Shown one piece after another: positions 12,476-24,806 of a stretch of 64,000 nucleotides of DNA (the stretch's first letter is position 1; the number at the start of each line of letters is the position of its first letter). The stretch covers positions 74,152,001 through 74,216,000 of the forward strand of contig OZ038378.1 of the NCBI GenBank assembly GCA_964036045.1. The letters run 5' to 3'. Below the pieces are notes generated by a model. The model saw only the letters and a list, made by a program, of their open reading frames with translations. It had not been told where the DNA came from and ran no database searches. A program made the position numbers and the translations under genes. Origin of the DNA: Eutreptiella sp. 'Long Island Sound 2002' (taxonomy: Eukaryota > Protista > Euglenida).

Positions 12476-13140
12476 ATGAAAATGGCCAGGTTGAATATAT
12501 AGGGCGCACAAGGCTCCGTTACCCTACAGCGCTGGGCCAGTGTCCTCCACCCGATCAGCCAGTGTCGTATCGACCTCTGCGGCATTCAAGAATACAACCC
12601 GTGTTTCCCGTTGCCGGAGGCAGCCACTACCACACTCAACAACGACTACAAGTGCTACGCTGCACCAGGGTCCGAACCACGGGTAGCAATCATCATCCGC
12701 CACACTGTGGTCCCTCACGTCTTCGAAACGTTATACTCGCCTAACAGTTTAGCGGGGGCCATCAGTCTGCAGCTCCCCAATAGCCCCTGCCGGACCATAG
12801 CCTGCGTTTACTCCAAATTAACCCGTCAGGACAAGCAAGAGGTAGATCCCTTTCTGCAATCCCCCAGCCATACGGCATCGTAATGGGGGATTAGAATGAC
12901 GACATATGGTCGCACCCTTGGCAACACGACCTAGCCAACAGCGCGTTTCTCGATCCGTTACACGCAAGTAGTCAACCGCCCGATCCCCGACAGTACTACA
13001 CACACATACCAAGGCATGGACGACCACGTCGCCTGGACGCCATATTGATAAGGCAACAAATATCCAACATACCCTGAACATACTATGACACTATACAAAT
13101 GCCCATATCGCACCACGCGCTGGTTTTACTTGGCATCCGT
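12476..13140 (+). pseudogene. Apurinic-like endonuclease (APE) domain of LINE
   Basis: RLNI*G, IDLCGIQEY, VAIIIR, IACVYS, IVMGD*ND, RRLDAILIR and ISHH(SDH-like) occur in order, with stops and frameshifts. Confidence 0.85.
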
Positions 13141-14708
13141 TGGAGGATAGGAGCCCCCGACCCATCCCGCGGGAAACCGCAGCTATCGGTCTCGACGTGT
13201 TACACCACGCACTTCTAGCGCTTTACCAACTCAATGTCCACCCTACCCGTGAAGGATACCGACCCACCCCTACACACGGTACGGCGCATCCTGTCGGCTA
13301 TCGCCCACGCGGCACAGCCACGACGATCCACACGCACCAAGACGCTGGCACAGCAACCTGGTCGGAACCCCCGGACCCCACGGCACGGTTACGGAAGTTT
13401 GGGGAAGCACAAGAACACCACATACGGAAACCAATCGGAAAACTCCGCCAAGCGGCAGTAAACAGATCCGTTTACTTCTATAAAATGGTCAAGAGATGGC
13501 GCACCGGACTCATTGCGCAAGACACGCCGCAACCCGCAATAGGAGGAACACAAAACGTTCTGAACCACTTTGGTGGCGACCCAACATACGACAAAGACGC
13601 GTGCGAGCGACTTATACGGAAACACGTACGACACCACACATGGAACACATCAACCCCAACATACGAGGAATACCTGAAGTGCCTGCGGGCACCAAAGAAC
13701 AAATCAGCCGGACCTGATGGAGTACCACCGCACCTGCTCCGGCACTTACCCAACCACATACAGAAACAACTGTACCAAGCAATCATTGCGGTCTGGAACG
13801 GGCAAAACATCCCAGTCGCCTGGCTGCGGTCAAGGGTAGTGCTCATTTATCAAAAGAAGGACCCACAAGACCCACAAAACTTCAGGCCAATTTACGTGTC
13901 CACCGCCATATATAGCATCCTCACACGCCTCCTCCTGATGCTTATATCTAGGGCCATGACCCCGGGACTACTCGACATACAACACGGGGCACTACAAGGC
14001 CGAAACACCACGACCCTAGCCACAAAGCTACTAAACGACTCACACACACAAGACGGGTACGTGGCCCTCCTAGATGTAGCCAAGGCATTCCCCTCCGTCC
14101 TCCGACCAATGCTCACCGGGATCGTCAAGGAGGCAGGGGCACCGGAAAACATCATACTAATGCTCGGTGAAATATACCAGCACACACCGGCTATACTGTC
14201 CCTCCACGGACGGGACCTCCCCATACATCCCACCATGGGCATGAAAGAGGGGTGCCCCCTCTCTCCTACACTATTCCTCTTATACTACGACATACTACTT
14301 AGGGAGACCAAAGCACGATGCCCGGGAGCCCACCTTTATCCATTCGTCGATGACATCCCGGTACGCGCACCCACGAGGGAATCACTATTACACATCCTAG
14401 ACACACTCCACAAAGTGGCGTATAGAATGGGGCTTTGCTTCAACAACGACAAAACCGAAGTATACCACTGGGCCAAGGACTATAATCTGGAGCCCATCAC
14501 ATGGCAGCACCAGCTTATCCCGGTGCGTGCCACCAATATTGACGTACTTTGGCCACATACTAGCCCAACCCACACAAGAAGATACAGCGTGGGACATGGT
14601 TACCACACAATTGCATCACGATATAGCGGCGTACAGGACCCTACCGCTCAACGGCTTCGAGAAGGTAGCCATCATCAATGCCGTCCTCACCCCATGATGG
14701 ACTTATAG
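13140..14708 (+). pseudogene. Reverse transcriptase domain of LINE
   Basis: KSAGPDG, NFRPI, QHG, LLDVAKAFPSV, GMKEGCPLSP, FVDD (14343-14354) and GLCFNNDKT. The thumb (HGWLGL) continues to ~15010. Confidence 0.95.
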
Positions 14709-15239
14709 GGGGCTGTTCCTCGGGAACAGACCCCGGATGGTGTTATGGGACGACATAGTCCTACATTACATCGGGGACACACCCGGAATAGAACAACAAA
14801 TGAACAAACATCGACTGACAACCAACCTAAATCACGGGTGGCTAGGTCTACGACAGCTATGGTGGTCCTACATCACCCGGTGGGTCACACGGGGGCAGCA
14901 AGAACTACAAAACAATGGCCCCACACAACAGCTCACCGCAACCCAATATAAATACATTGACGCCGTCCGCGCCCTGGGGGGCACGGTGGGCCAGCGCATA
15001 TCCCAACCTAGGTAGCACCGCCCCCTGTCGGCGGGACATACGACTCGGAGAGCTCGGAAGAAGACCAGGAAACAAATGCGGGGAAAACGCAGCCGCGCAG
15101 CCCACCGTCTAGATTATGGCTGGATGAACCCGCCGGACGAACCAACCCCAGAGGAAACTCTTGAGGTCTCCCAGGCACTACCACACCAACGGACGATCCA
15201 CGGGATCACCATACATTATACGGGAGAACCCACCACCAC

Positions 15240-15600
15240 AAGGTGGTATACAGACGGGTCGAAACCACACGGAAGAGCGGGAGGGGGCATATACAATGGA
15301 AACTACCGCGCAGCATTCCTTGTGCACGGGCCCCAACAGGTGTACCGTGCCGAGACAATCGCGTGCGCGCTGGCCTCCGAACGCAGGGGATGAAATCATA
15401 CTCGACAACCAAGGTGTGGTGAAAGCCACCCCTATAAAACGCAAAGGAGTGGTCAAAGACCAGGACTACCGTGACATAGGTTACCACAACGCCTCCCTGA
15501 AAGACTCACAATACGATAGACTCCGGGACACCGTACCCTAGAGCAAGCCACCACGTATAGCGACTATAAGGACATACAAGGGAGCAACCACTCCAATGTC
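15240..15600 (+). pseudogene. RNase H domain of LINE
   Basis: WYTDGS (D at 15253), GGGIY, YRAETIAC and IILDNQGVV, with a frameshift. Confidence 0.8.
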
Positions 15601-17123
15601 TTTGCCAATATGGGCGACAACCTGCCCATGGACTCCCAACAACCACAACCCCATGATATTGTCCTCATCGGACAAATCATGCCCACGGCACAGTAAGGTG
15701 GTGGGGAACAGGTGTCCCCTGCGAGAGGTCCCCCACCTTATGCTCCGAATGTGGCCAACATCACGGAGCGTCGGTGCACTCAAGACTAGCGTAGTGCCCC
15801 GCCTGGGGCAAATTTTTGGATCTGTGGCGCAGGAGCTTGGCTGATTGGACCCAACACACGTGCCAATGGCAGAAAACGGCCACCAGCCTCGACCTCTGGC
15901 TCTGTACCAGACTGCTCACCCCGCTGTCCCTCATCAACGCCATACCCACCACGGAGCTACATAAACTACGGGCCGAGGTAGGCCTCTTTCAGTTCCGCAT
16001 GATTCACGCTGTCCAAACCCTAAGACAGAAGCTTGCCGACCCCACACCACATCAGCCGCCATCACCCCTATGGTTGACTAAGTTTGTTGCGCATACACCG
16101 CCCCCACGGGAAACGGCGCAAAATTTACGCAACCACGTCGGAGCGCCAATGCGGAGCGGCATGAAACGAAAACGTAGGAATGAGCCCGCGACGGCGAAAC
16201 CCATAGACCCCGACGAATGGATTCGGGATGCAAACGCTGCAAACGACGACGAGGCGGTGGCATGGCTGGGGAGAATGCAGGAGAGCAACACGACCTAGGA
16301 AGAACAAGCCGAGAAGCGCCGACGCCTCGACGTTGACGCACGGCGGTGGGAACAGTACCAAACGGCCTGAGAGAGGTTGGCGCAAGAGCACGCGCAGCGT
16401 GCCTACGACACATATCACAGCGCACACGCATCTGAGGTAACACGGCGGCACATATGCAACCTGCACGCATTATACTCCAACACACTAACTGCCGAAACCG
16501 AACATCACCTGCTTGTTACAAAACCGAACGAAGAACAAATGGCAGCACAACGACTGCACAGCACACATACAAACATGTGCCTGCTACGCCGCCAATGGTA
16601 TGAACAAGCAAAACGCGACACAGTGACGTGGTACGCGGACGCGAAGACATCACTATTGTCCTACAAAAGATACGAGGAGATGTGCACAGAAACCAACAAG
16701 CTGCTAGCCCACAAGTTACGGCAGGCACACTACATGTGGCGCCAACAGTAACACATCGTGAACTTAACACAGGGGTTCAATGACAACTGCAGACAGAAAA
16801 CCACACAATACCGGGACGCTTGCAGACAAGCACGGCAGACAATATACCTGATGCGGAAACGACCACGGGAACAATGGGACCCCACCTTGTGGGAAGTCCC
16901 ATTGCAACCCCTACCAAAACGACACAAAACGCACTGGGATCCAAATGAGTGGGAAATCCCGTTGACGTGACCACAACCACCTCAACGGGAAACCATGGGG
17001 GCCCAGCCGTGAGCTGAAGCCCGTATGCACACCCTCGCTCTGCCGAAATCTATACTTGCTCTGAACTTGGGTCACAGCGGTCAATGGCATATTATGAACT
17101 GGCCTAGTTGATCAAAAAACAAA

Positions 17124-17141
17124 AAATCTCAAGGAAAAAAC
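17124..17141 (+). repeat. Right target-site duplication of LINE
   Basis: aaatctcaaggaaaaaac directly follows the A-rich tail. Confidence 0.8.
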
Positions 17142-17559
17142 CCTGATCTGACCCTTGTGGTGACGGCTGTGAGGCACATTTGACAGCCTCCATGGATTAT
17201 TTAGGGCAACTTTGGAACATTTGAGGGTCTGTGTGAAACATTGGAGGTTCTGTATGGATAGTTATGTGTCTGCATGGAATATCATGGGTCGCCGGGCGAC
17301 ATTCGAGGGTCTCTATGGACTGCTTGGGGTCTTTGTGCAATGTTTGCTTATGTGGAACAATTCAGGGTGTTATGAAACAAATCAGGGGCTCCATGGACAA
17401 CCCCCCCACAAAATCCCAGGACGTGTAACCAGTATCCCCCCGAGGTGATCCAAGTTGGTGTCATGTCCTTGCCTTTGCGCAATGACTCGCACCCCTAGAA
17501 CGTTTGACAGACTATGTGGAATATTTTGGTGGTCCAAAGAACATTTGAGGGTCTAAGTG

Positions 17560-20500
17560 GAATATTTCATACCTCCGTGAATTATTTAACCCCCTCCGTG
17601 GAATATTTGATACCTCCGTGGATTATTTAACCCCCTCCGTGAAATATTTGATACCTCCGTGGAATGTTTAACCCCCTCCGTGGGATATTTGACCGTGAAT
17701 TTTTTAACCCCCTCCGTGAAATATTTCATACCTCCGTCAATTATTTAACCCCCTTCTTGGAAGATTTCATACCTCCGTTGATTATTTAACCCCCTCTGTG
17801 GAATATTTGATACCTCCGTGGAATGTTTCACCCCCTCCGTGGAATATTTCATACCTCCGTGAATTATTCAACCCCCTCCGTGGCATATTTGATAGCTCCA
17901 TGAATTATTTAGCCCCCTTCGTGGAAGATTTCATACCTCCGTGGATTATTCAACCTCCTCCGTGGCATCTTTGATACCTCCGTGAATTATTTAACCCCCT
18001 CCGTGAAATATTTGATACCTCCGTGGATTATTTAACCCCCTCCGTGGAATATTTGATACCTCCGTGGATAATTTAATCCCCTCCGTGGAATATTTCATTC
18101 CTCTATGAATTGTTTACCCCCTCCCTGAAATATTTGATACCGCCGTGGAATGTTTAACCCCCTCCGTGAAATATTTGATACCTCCGTGAATTTTTTAACC
18201 TCCTCCGTGGAATATGTCATACCTTCGTGGATTATTTAACCCCCTCCGTGAAATATTCAATACCCCCGTGAAATATTTAACCCCCTCCGTGGAATATTTC
18301 ATTGCTCCGTGATTTATTTAACCCCCTCCGTGAAATATTTGATACCTCCCTGTATTATTAAACCCCCTCTGTGGATTATTAAGCCCCCTCCGTGGAATGC
18401 TTGATACCTCTGCGGAATATTTAACTCCCTCCGACGAATATTTAATACCTCTGTGGAATATTTAACCCCCTCCGTGAAATAATTGATACCTCCGTGGAAT
18501 GTTTAACCCCCTCCGTGGAATATTTGATACCTCCGTGGACAATTTAATCCCCTCCGTGGAATATTTGATACCTCTGTGAATTTTTTAACCCCCTCAGTGG
18601 AATATTTGATACCCCGTGAATTATTTAACCCCCTTAGTGCAATATTTGATACCTCCGTGAAGTATTCAACTCCCTCCGTGGAAGATTTGATACCTCCGTG
18701 AAATAATTTAACCCCCTCCGTGTAATATTTGATACCTCCGTGAATTATTTAACCCCCTCCGTGAAATAGTTGATACCTCCGTGGAACATGTAACCCCCTT
18801 CGTGGAATGTTTGATACTTTGGTAAATCCATTTAACGCCCTCCGTGGAATATTTTACACCTCGGTGAATTATTTAACTTGCTCCGTGGAATATTTGATAC
18901 CTCCGTGAATTATTTAACCCCCTTCTTGGAAGATTTTATACCCCCGTGGATTATTTAATCCGCTATGTGGAATATTTGACGGCTCCGTGGATTATTTAAC
19001 CCCCTCCGTGGCATCTTTGATACCTCTGTGAATTATTTAACCCTCTCCGTGAAATATTTGACGGCTCCGTGGAATATTTAACCCCCCCCCGTGGAATATT
19101 TGACCCCTCCATGGAATATTGAACCCCCTCCGTGGAATATTTGATACCTCCGTGAATTATTTAACCCCTTCCGTGGAATGTTTGATACCTCCGTGAATTT
19201 TTCCCCCCCTCCGTGAAATATTTGATACCTCCGTTGATTGTTGGACCCCCTCCGTGGAATATTTGATACCTCCGTTGTTTATTTACCCCCTCCGAGGAAT
19301 ATTTGATAGCTCCGTGAATTATTTAACTCCCTCCGTGAAATATTTGATACCTCCGCGGAATGTTTAACCCCCTCCGTGGGATATTTGACCGTGAATTATT
19401 TAACCCCCTCCGTGAAATATTTCATACCTCCGTGAATTATTTAACCCCCTTCTTGGAAGATTTCATGCCTCCGTTGATTTTTTAACCCCCTCTGTGGAAT
19501 ATTTGATACCTCCGTGGAATGTTTCACCCCCTCCGTGGAATACTTCATACCTCCGTGAATTATTCAACCCCCTCCGTGGCATATTTGATAGCTCCGTGAA
19601 TTATTTAGGCCCCTTCGTGGAAGATTTTGTACCTCCGTGGATTATTCAACCCCCTCTGTGGAATATTTCATACCTCCGTGAATTATTCACCCCCCTCCGT
19701 GAAATATTTGATTCGTCCATGAATTGTTTAACCCCCTCCGTGGAATATTTGATACCTCCGTGGAATGTTTAACGCCCTCCGTGAAATATTTGATACCTCC
19801 GTGGATTATTCAACCCCCTCCGTGGAATATTTGATACCTCCGTGGATAATTTAATCCCCTCCGTGGAATATTTCATTCCTCTGTGAATTGTTTACCCCCT
19901 CCCTGAAATATTTGATACCGCCGTGGATTATTTAACCCCCTCCTTGAAATATTTGATACCTCCGTGAATTTTTTAACCCCCTCCGTGGAATATGTCATAC
20001 CTTCGTGGATTATTTAACCCCCTCCGTGAAATATTCAATACCCCCGTGAATTATTTAACCCCCTCCGTGGAATATTTCATTCCTCCGTGATTTATTTAAC
20101 CCCCTCCGTGAAATATTTGATACCTCCCTGTATTTTTTAACCCCCTCAGTGGAATATTTGATACCCCCGTGAATTATTTAACCCCCTTAGTGGAATATTT
20201 GATACCTCCGTGAATTATTCAACTTCCTCCGTGGAAGATTTGATACCTCCGTGAAATAATTTAACCCCCTCCGTGGAATATTTGATACCTCCGTGAATTA
20301 TTTAACCCCCTCCGTGAAATAGTTGATACCTCCGTGGAATATGTAACCCCCTCCGTGGAATGTTTGATACCTTGGTAAATCCATTTCACGCCCTCCGTGG
20401 AATATTTCACACCTCGGTGAATTATTTAACCTGCTCCGTGGAATATTTGATACCTCCGTGAATTATTTAACCCCCTTCCTGGAAGATTTTATACCTCCGT

Positions 20501-23500
20501 GGATTATTTAACCCGCTATGTGGAATATTTGACGGCTCCGCTCATTATTTAACCCCCTCCGTGGCATCTTTGATACCTCCGTGAATTATTTAACCCTCTC
20601 CGTGAAATATTTGACGGCTCCGTGGAATATTTAACCCCCCCCCCCCGTGGAATATTTGACCCCTCCATGGAATATTGAACCCCCTCCGTGGAATATTTGA
20701 TACCTCCGTGGGATATTTAACCCCCTCCGTGGAATATTTGATACCTCCGTGAATTATTTAACCCCCTCCGTGGAATGTTTGATACCTCCGTGAATTCTTC
20801 CCCCCCTCCGTGAAATATTTGATACCTCCGTTGATTGTTGGACCCCCTCCGTGGAATATTTGATACCTCCGTTGTTTATTTAGCCCTCTGAGGAACATTT
20901 GATAGCTCCGTGAATTATTTAACTCCCTCCGTGAAATATTTGATACCTCCGTGGAATATTCAACCCCCTCCGTGGAATATTTGACCCCTCCGTGGAATAT
21001 TGAAACCCCTCCGTGGAATATTTGATACCTCCGTGGAATAATTAACCTTCTCTATGGAATATTTGATACCTCCGTGAATTATTTAACCCCCTCTGTGGAA
21101 TATTCGATACCTCCATGGAATGTTTAACCCCCTCCAAGGCATATTGGATACCTCCGTGAGTTATTTCACCCCCTCCGTGAAAATATTTGATACCGTTGTG
21201 AATGATTTAACCCCATCCGTGGAATATTGGATACCTCCGTGAATTCTTTCCCCCCATCCGTGACATTTTTGATACCTTTGTGGATTATTTAACCCCCTCC
21301 GTGGAATATTTGATACCTACGTGGAATGTTTAACCCCCTCCCTGGAATATTTGATACCTCTGTGAATTATTGAACCCCCTCCATGGAATATTTCATACCT
21401 CCCTGAATTATTCAACCCCCTCCGTGGAATATTTGATACCTCCGTGAAACATTTCACCCCCTCCGTGGAATATTTGATACCCCCCTGGAATATTCAACTC
21501 CCTCTGTAGAATATTTGATCCCTCTCTGGATTTTTTAACCCTCTCCGTAAATTATTTGATACCTCCGTGAATTGTTTAACCCCCTCCGTGGAATATTTCA
21601 TACCTCCGTGGAATATTTGATACCTTTGTGAAACATTTCACCCCCTCCGTGGAATATTTGATACCCCCGTGGAATATTCACCACCCTCTGTAGAATATTT
21701 GATCCCTCTCCGGATTATTTAACCCCCTCCGTGGAGTATTTTATACCTCCATGGATTATTAAACCCCCTCCGTGGAATATTTGATACCTCAGTGGAATGT
21801 TTAACCCCCTGCGTGGAATATTTGATACATCTGTGGAATATTTAACCCCCTACGTGGAATATTTCACCCCTCCGTGAATTTTTTAACCCCCCTTTGTGGA
21901 TTATTTAACCCCCCCATGGAATATTTGATACCTCCGTGGATTATTTCACTCCCTCCATGGAATATTCGATACCTCCACGGATTATTTAACCCCCTCCGTG
22001 GAATGTTTGATACCTCCGTGAATTATCTAACGCCCTCCGTGAAATGTTTCATACCCCTGTGAATTATTTAACCTCCTCCGTGGAATATTGGACACCTCCG
22101 TTGACTATTTCACTCCCTCCATGGAATATTCGATACCTCCACGGATTATTTAACCCCCTCCGTGGAATATTTCATACCTCCATGAATTATTTCACCCCCC
22201 CCGTGGAATATTTGATACCTCCGTGGATTTTTAACCCCCTCCGTGAAATATTTGTTACCTCCGTGGATTATTAAACCCCCTCCGTGGAATGTTGGATACC
22301 TCCGTGGATTATTTAACCCCCTCCGTGGAATACTTGATACCTCCGTGAATTTTTCAACCCCCTCGGTGGAATATTTGATACCTGGGTGGACTATTTAACC
22401 CCCTTTGATACCTCCACGAATTATTTGACCCCTTCCGTGGAACATCCGATACCTCCGTGGCATATTTCACCCCCTCCGTGAAATATTTGATACCTCCGTG
22501 AATCGCCTCCCCCCCTCCGTGGAATATTTGATACCCCCGTGAATTATTTAACCCCCTCCGTGAAATATTTGATACCTCCGTGGATTATTTATCCCCCCCG
22601 TGAAATGTTGGATACCTGCGTGGAATATTTAACCCCCTCCGTGGAATATTTGATACCTTCGTGGACTGTTTAACCTTCTCCGTGGAATACTTGATACCTC
22701 CGTGGATTATTTAACCCCCTCCGTGAAATACTTGATACCTCCGTGGATTATTTATCCCCCCCCCGTGAAATATTTGCTACCTCCCTGGAATTTTCAACCG
22801 CTTCCGTGGAATATTTCATACCCCCGTGAACTATTTAACCCCCTCCATGGAATATTTGATACCTCCGTGAATGATTTCCCCCCCTCCGTGGAATATTTGA
22901 TACCTCGGTGAATTATTCAATGCCCTCCGTGGAATGTTTCATACATCCGTGAATCGTTTTCCCCCCTCCGTGAAATATTTGATACCTTCGTGGATCGTTT
23001 AACCCCCCCGGTGAAACATTTGATACCTCCGTGAACTATTTAACGCCCTCCGTGGGAGATTTTATACCTCCGTGAATTATTTAACCCCCTCCGTGAAACA
23101 TTTGCTACCTCCGTGCAATGTTTAACCCCCTCCGTGGAATATTTGATACCTCCTTGAATCATTTAACCCCCTCCGTGAAATATTTGATACCTCCGTGAAC
23201 AATTTTTACCCCTCCGTGGAATATTTGATACCTCCGTGAATTATTTGACCCCCTCTGTGGAATATTTGATACCTCCGTGGAATGTTTAACCCCCTCCGTG
23301 GAATATTGATACCTCCGTGAATTATTTAACCACCTCCGCGAAATATCTGCCACGTCCGTGAATTATTTAAACACCTCCATGAAATATTTGATACCTCCGT
23401 GGCTTATTTTAACCCCCTCCGTGAAATATTTGATACCTCCGTGGATTGTTTAACCCCCTCGGTGAAACATTTGATACCTCCGTGAACTATTTAACGCCCT

Positions 23501-24806
23501 CCGTGGGAGATTTTATACCTCCGTGAATTATTTAACCCCCTCCGTGAAACATTTGCTACCTCCGTGAAATGTTTAACCCCCTCCGTGGAATATTTGATAC
23601 CTCCTTGAATCATTTAACCCCCTCCGTGAAATATTTGATACCCCCGTGAACAATTTTTACCCCTCCATGGAATATTTGATACCTCCGTGAATTATTTAAC
23701 CCCCTCCGTGGAATATTTGATACCTCCGTGGAATGGTTAACCCCCTCCGTGGAATATTTGATACCTCCGTGAATTATTTAACCCCCTCCGCGAAATATCT
23801 GACACGTCCGTGAATTATTTAAACCCCTCCATGAAATATTTGATACCTCCGTTGCTTATTTTAACCCCCTCCGTGAAATATTTGATACCTCCGTGGATTA
23901 TTTAAACCCCTCCGTGAAATATTTCATACCTTTGTGGACTATTTATCCCCCTCCGCGAAATATTTGATACCTCCGTGAAGTGTTTAACCCCCTGCGTGAA
24001 ATATTTGATACCTCCGTGAATTATTTAACCCCATTAATGAAATATTTGATACCGCCGTGAATTATTTAACCCCCTCCCTGGAATATTTGATACCTCCGTG
24101 GAATGTTTAACCCCCTCTGTGGAATATTTGATGCCTCCGTGGATTATTTAACCCCCTCCGTGAAATATCTAACACGTCCGTGAATTATTTAACCCCCTCC
24201 ATGAAATATTTGATACCTCCGTGGCTTATTTTAACCCCCTCCGTGAAATATTTGATACCTCCGTGGATTATTTAACGCCCTCCGTGAAATATTTCATACT
24301 CTTGTGGACTATTTATCCCCCTGCGTGAAATATTTGATACCTCCGTGGAGTGTTTCACCCCCTCCGTGAAATATTTGATACCTCCGTGAATTATTTAACC
24401 CCATCAGAGAAATTTTTGATACCGCCGTGAATTTCTTAACCCCCTCCTTGAAATATTTGATACCTCCGTGGAATGTTTAAACCCCTCCGTGGGATAATTG
24501 ATACCTCCGTGAATTATTCAACCCCCTCCGTAGAGTATTTCGTGCGTCCGTGAATCATTTAACCCCCTCCGTGAAACATTTGATACCTCCGTGAATTATT
24601 TAACCCCATACGTGGAATATTTCATATCTCCGTGGATTATTGAACCCCTTTTGTGGAATATTTGATACCTCCGTGCATTATTTAATCCCCTCCGTGAAAT
24701 ATTTGATGCATACCTGGAATATTTAACCCCCTTTGTGAAATATTTGATACCTCCTTGGAATGTTTAACCCCCTCCGTGGAATATTTGATACCTCCGTGAA
24801 TTATTG
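17560..24806. repeat. 41-bp satellite array 1 (GGAATATTTGATACCTCCGT + GAATTATTTAACCCCCTCCGT), ~175 monomers; degenerate lead-in 17160-17560
   Basis: Continuous tandem repetition of a dimer of 20- and 21-bp subunits. Confidence 0.98.

Larger units (their letters stand above)
9406..17123 (+). mobile_element. Non-LTR retrotransposon (ORF1 + 2A-APE-RT-RNaseH), decayed, ~7.7 kb
   Basis: It has A/C-rich composition, recognisable APE, RT and RNaseH motifs, an A-rich tail at 17114-17126 and a flanking 18-bp TSD. Confidence 0.93.

Noticed and set aside
17560-24806. Satellite as a CRISPR array, or its short ORFs (e.g. 19494-19772, 22044-22274) as genes
   Set aside because: There are no unique spacers and no cas genes. 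The ORFs are translations of the 41-bp monomer.
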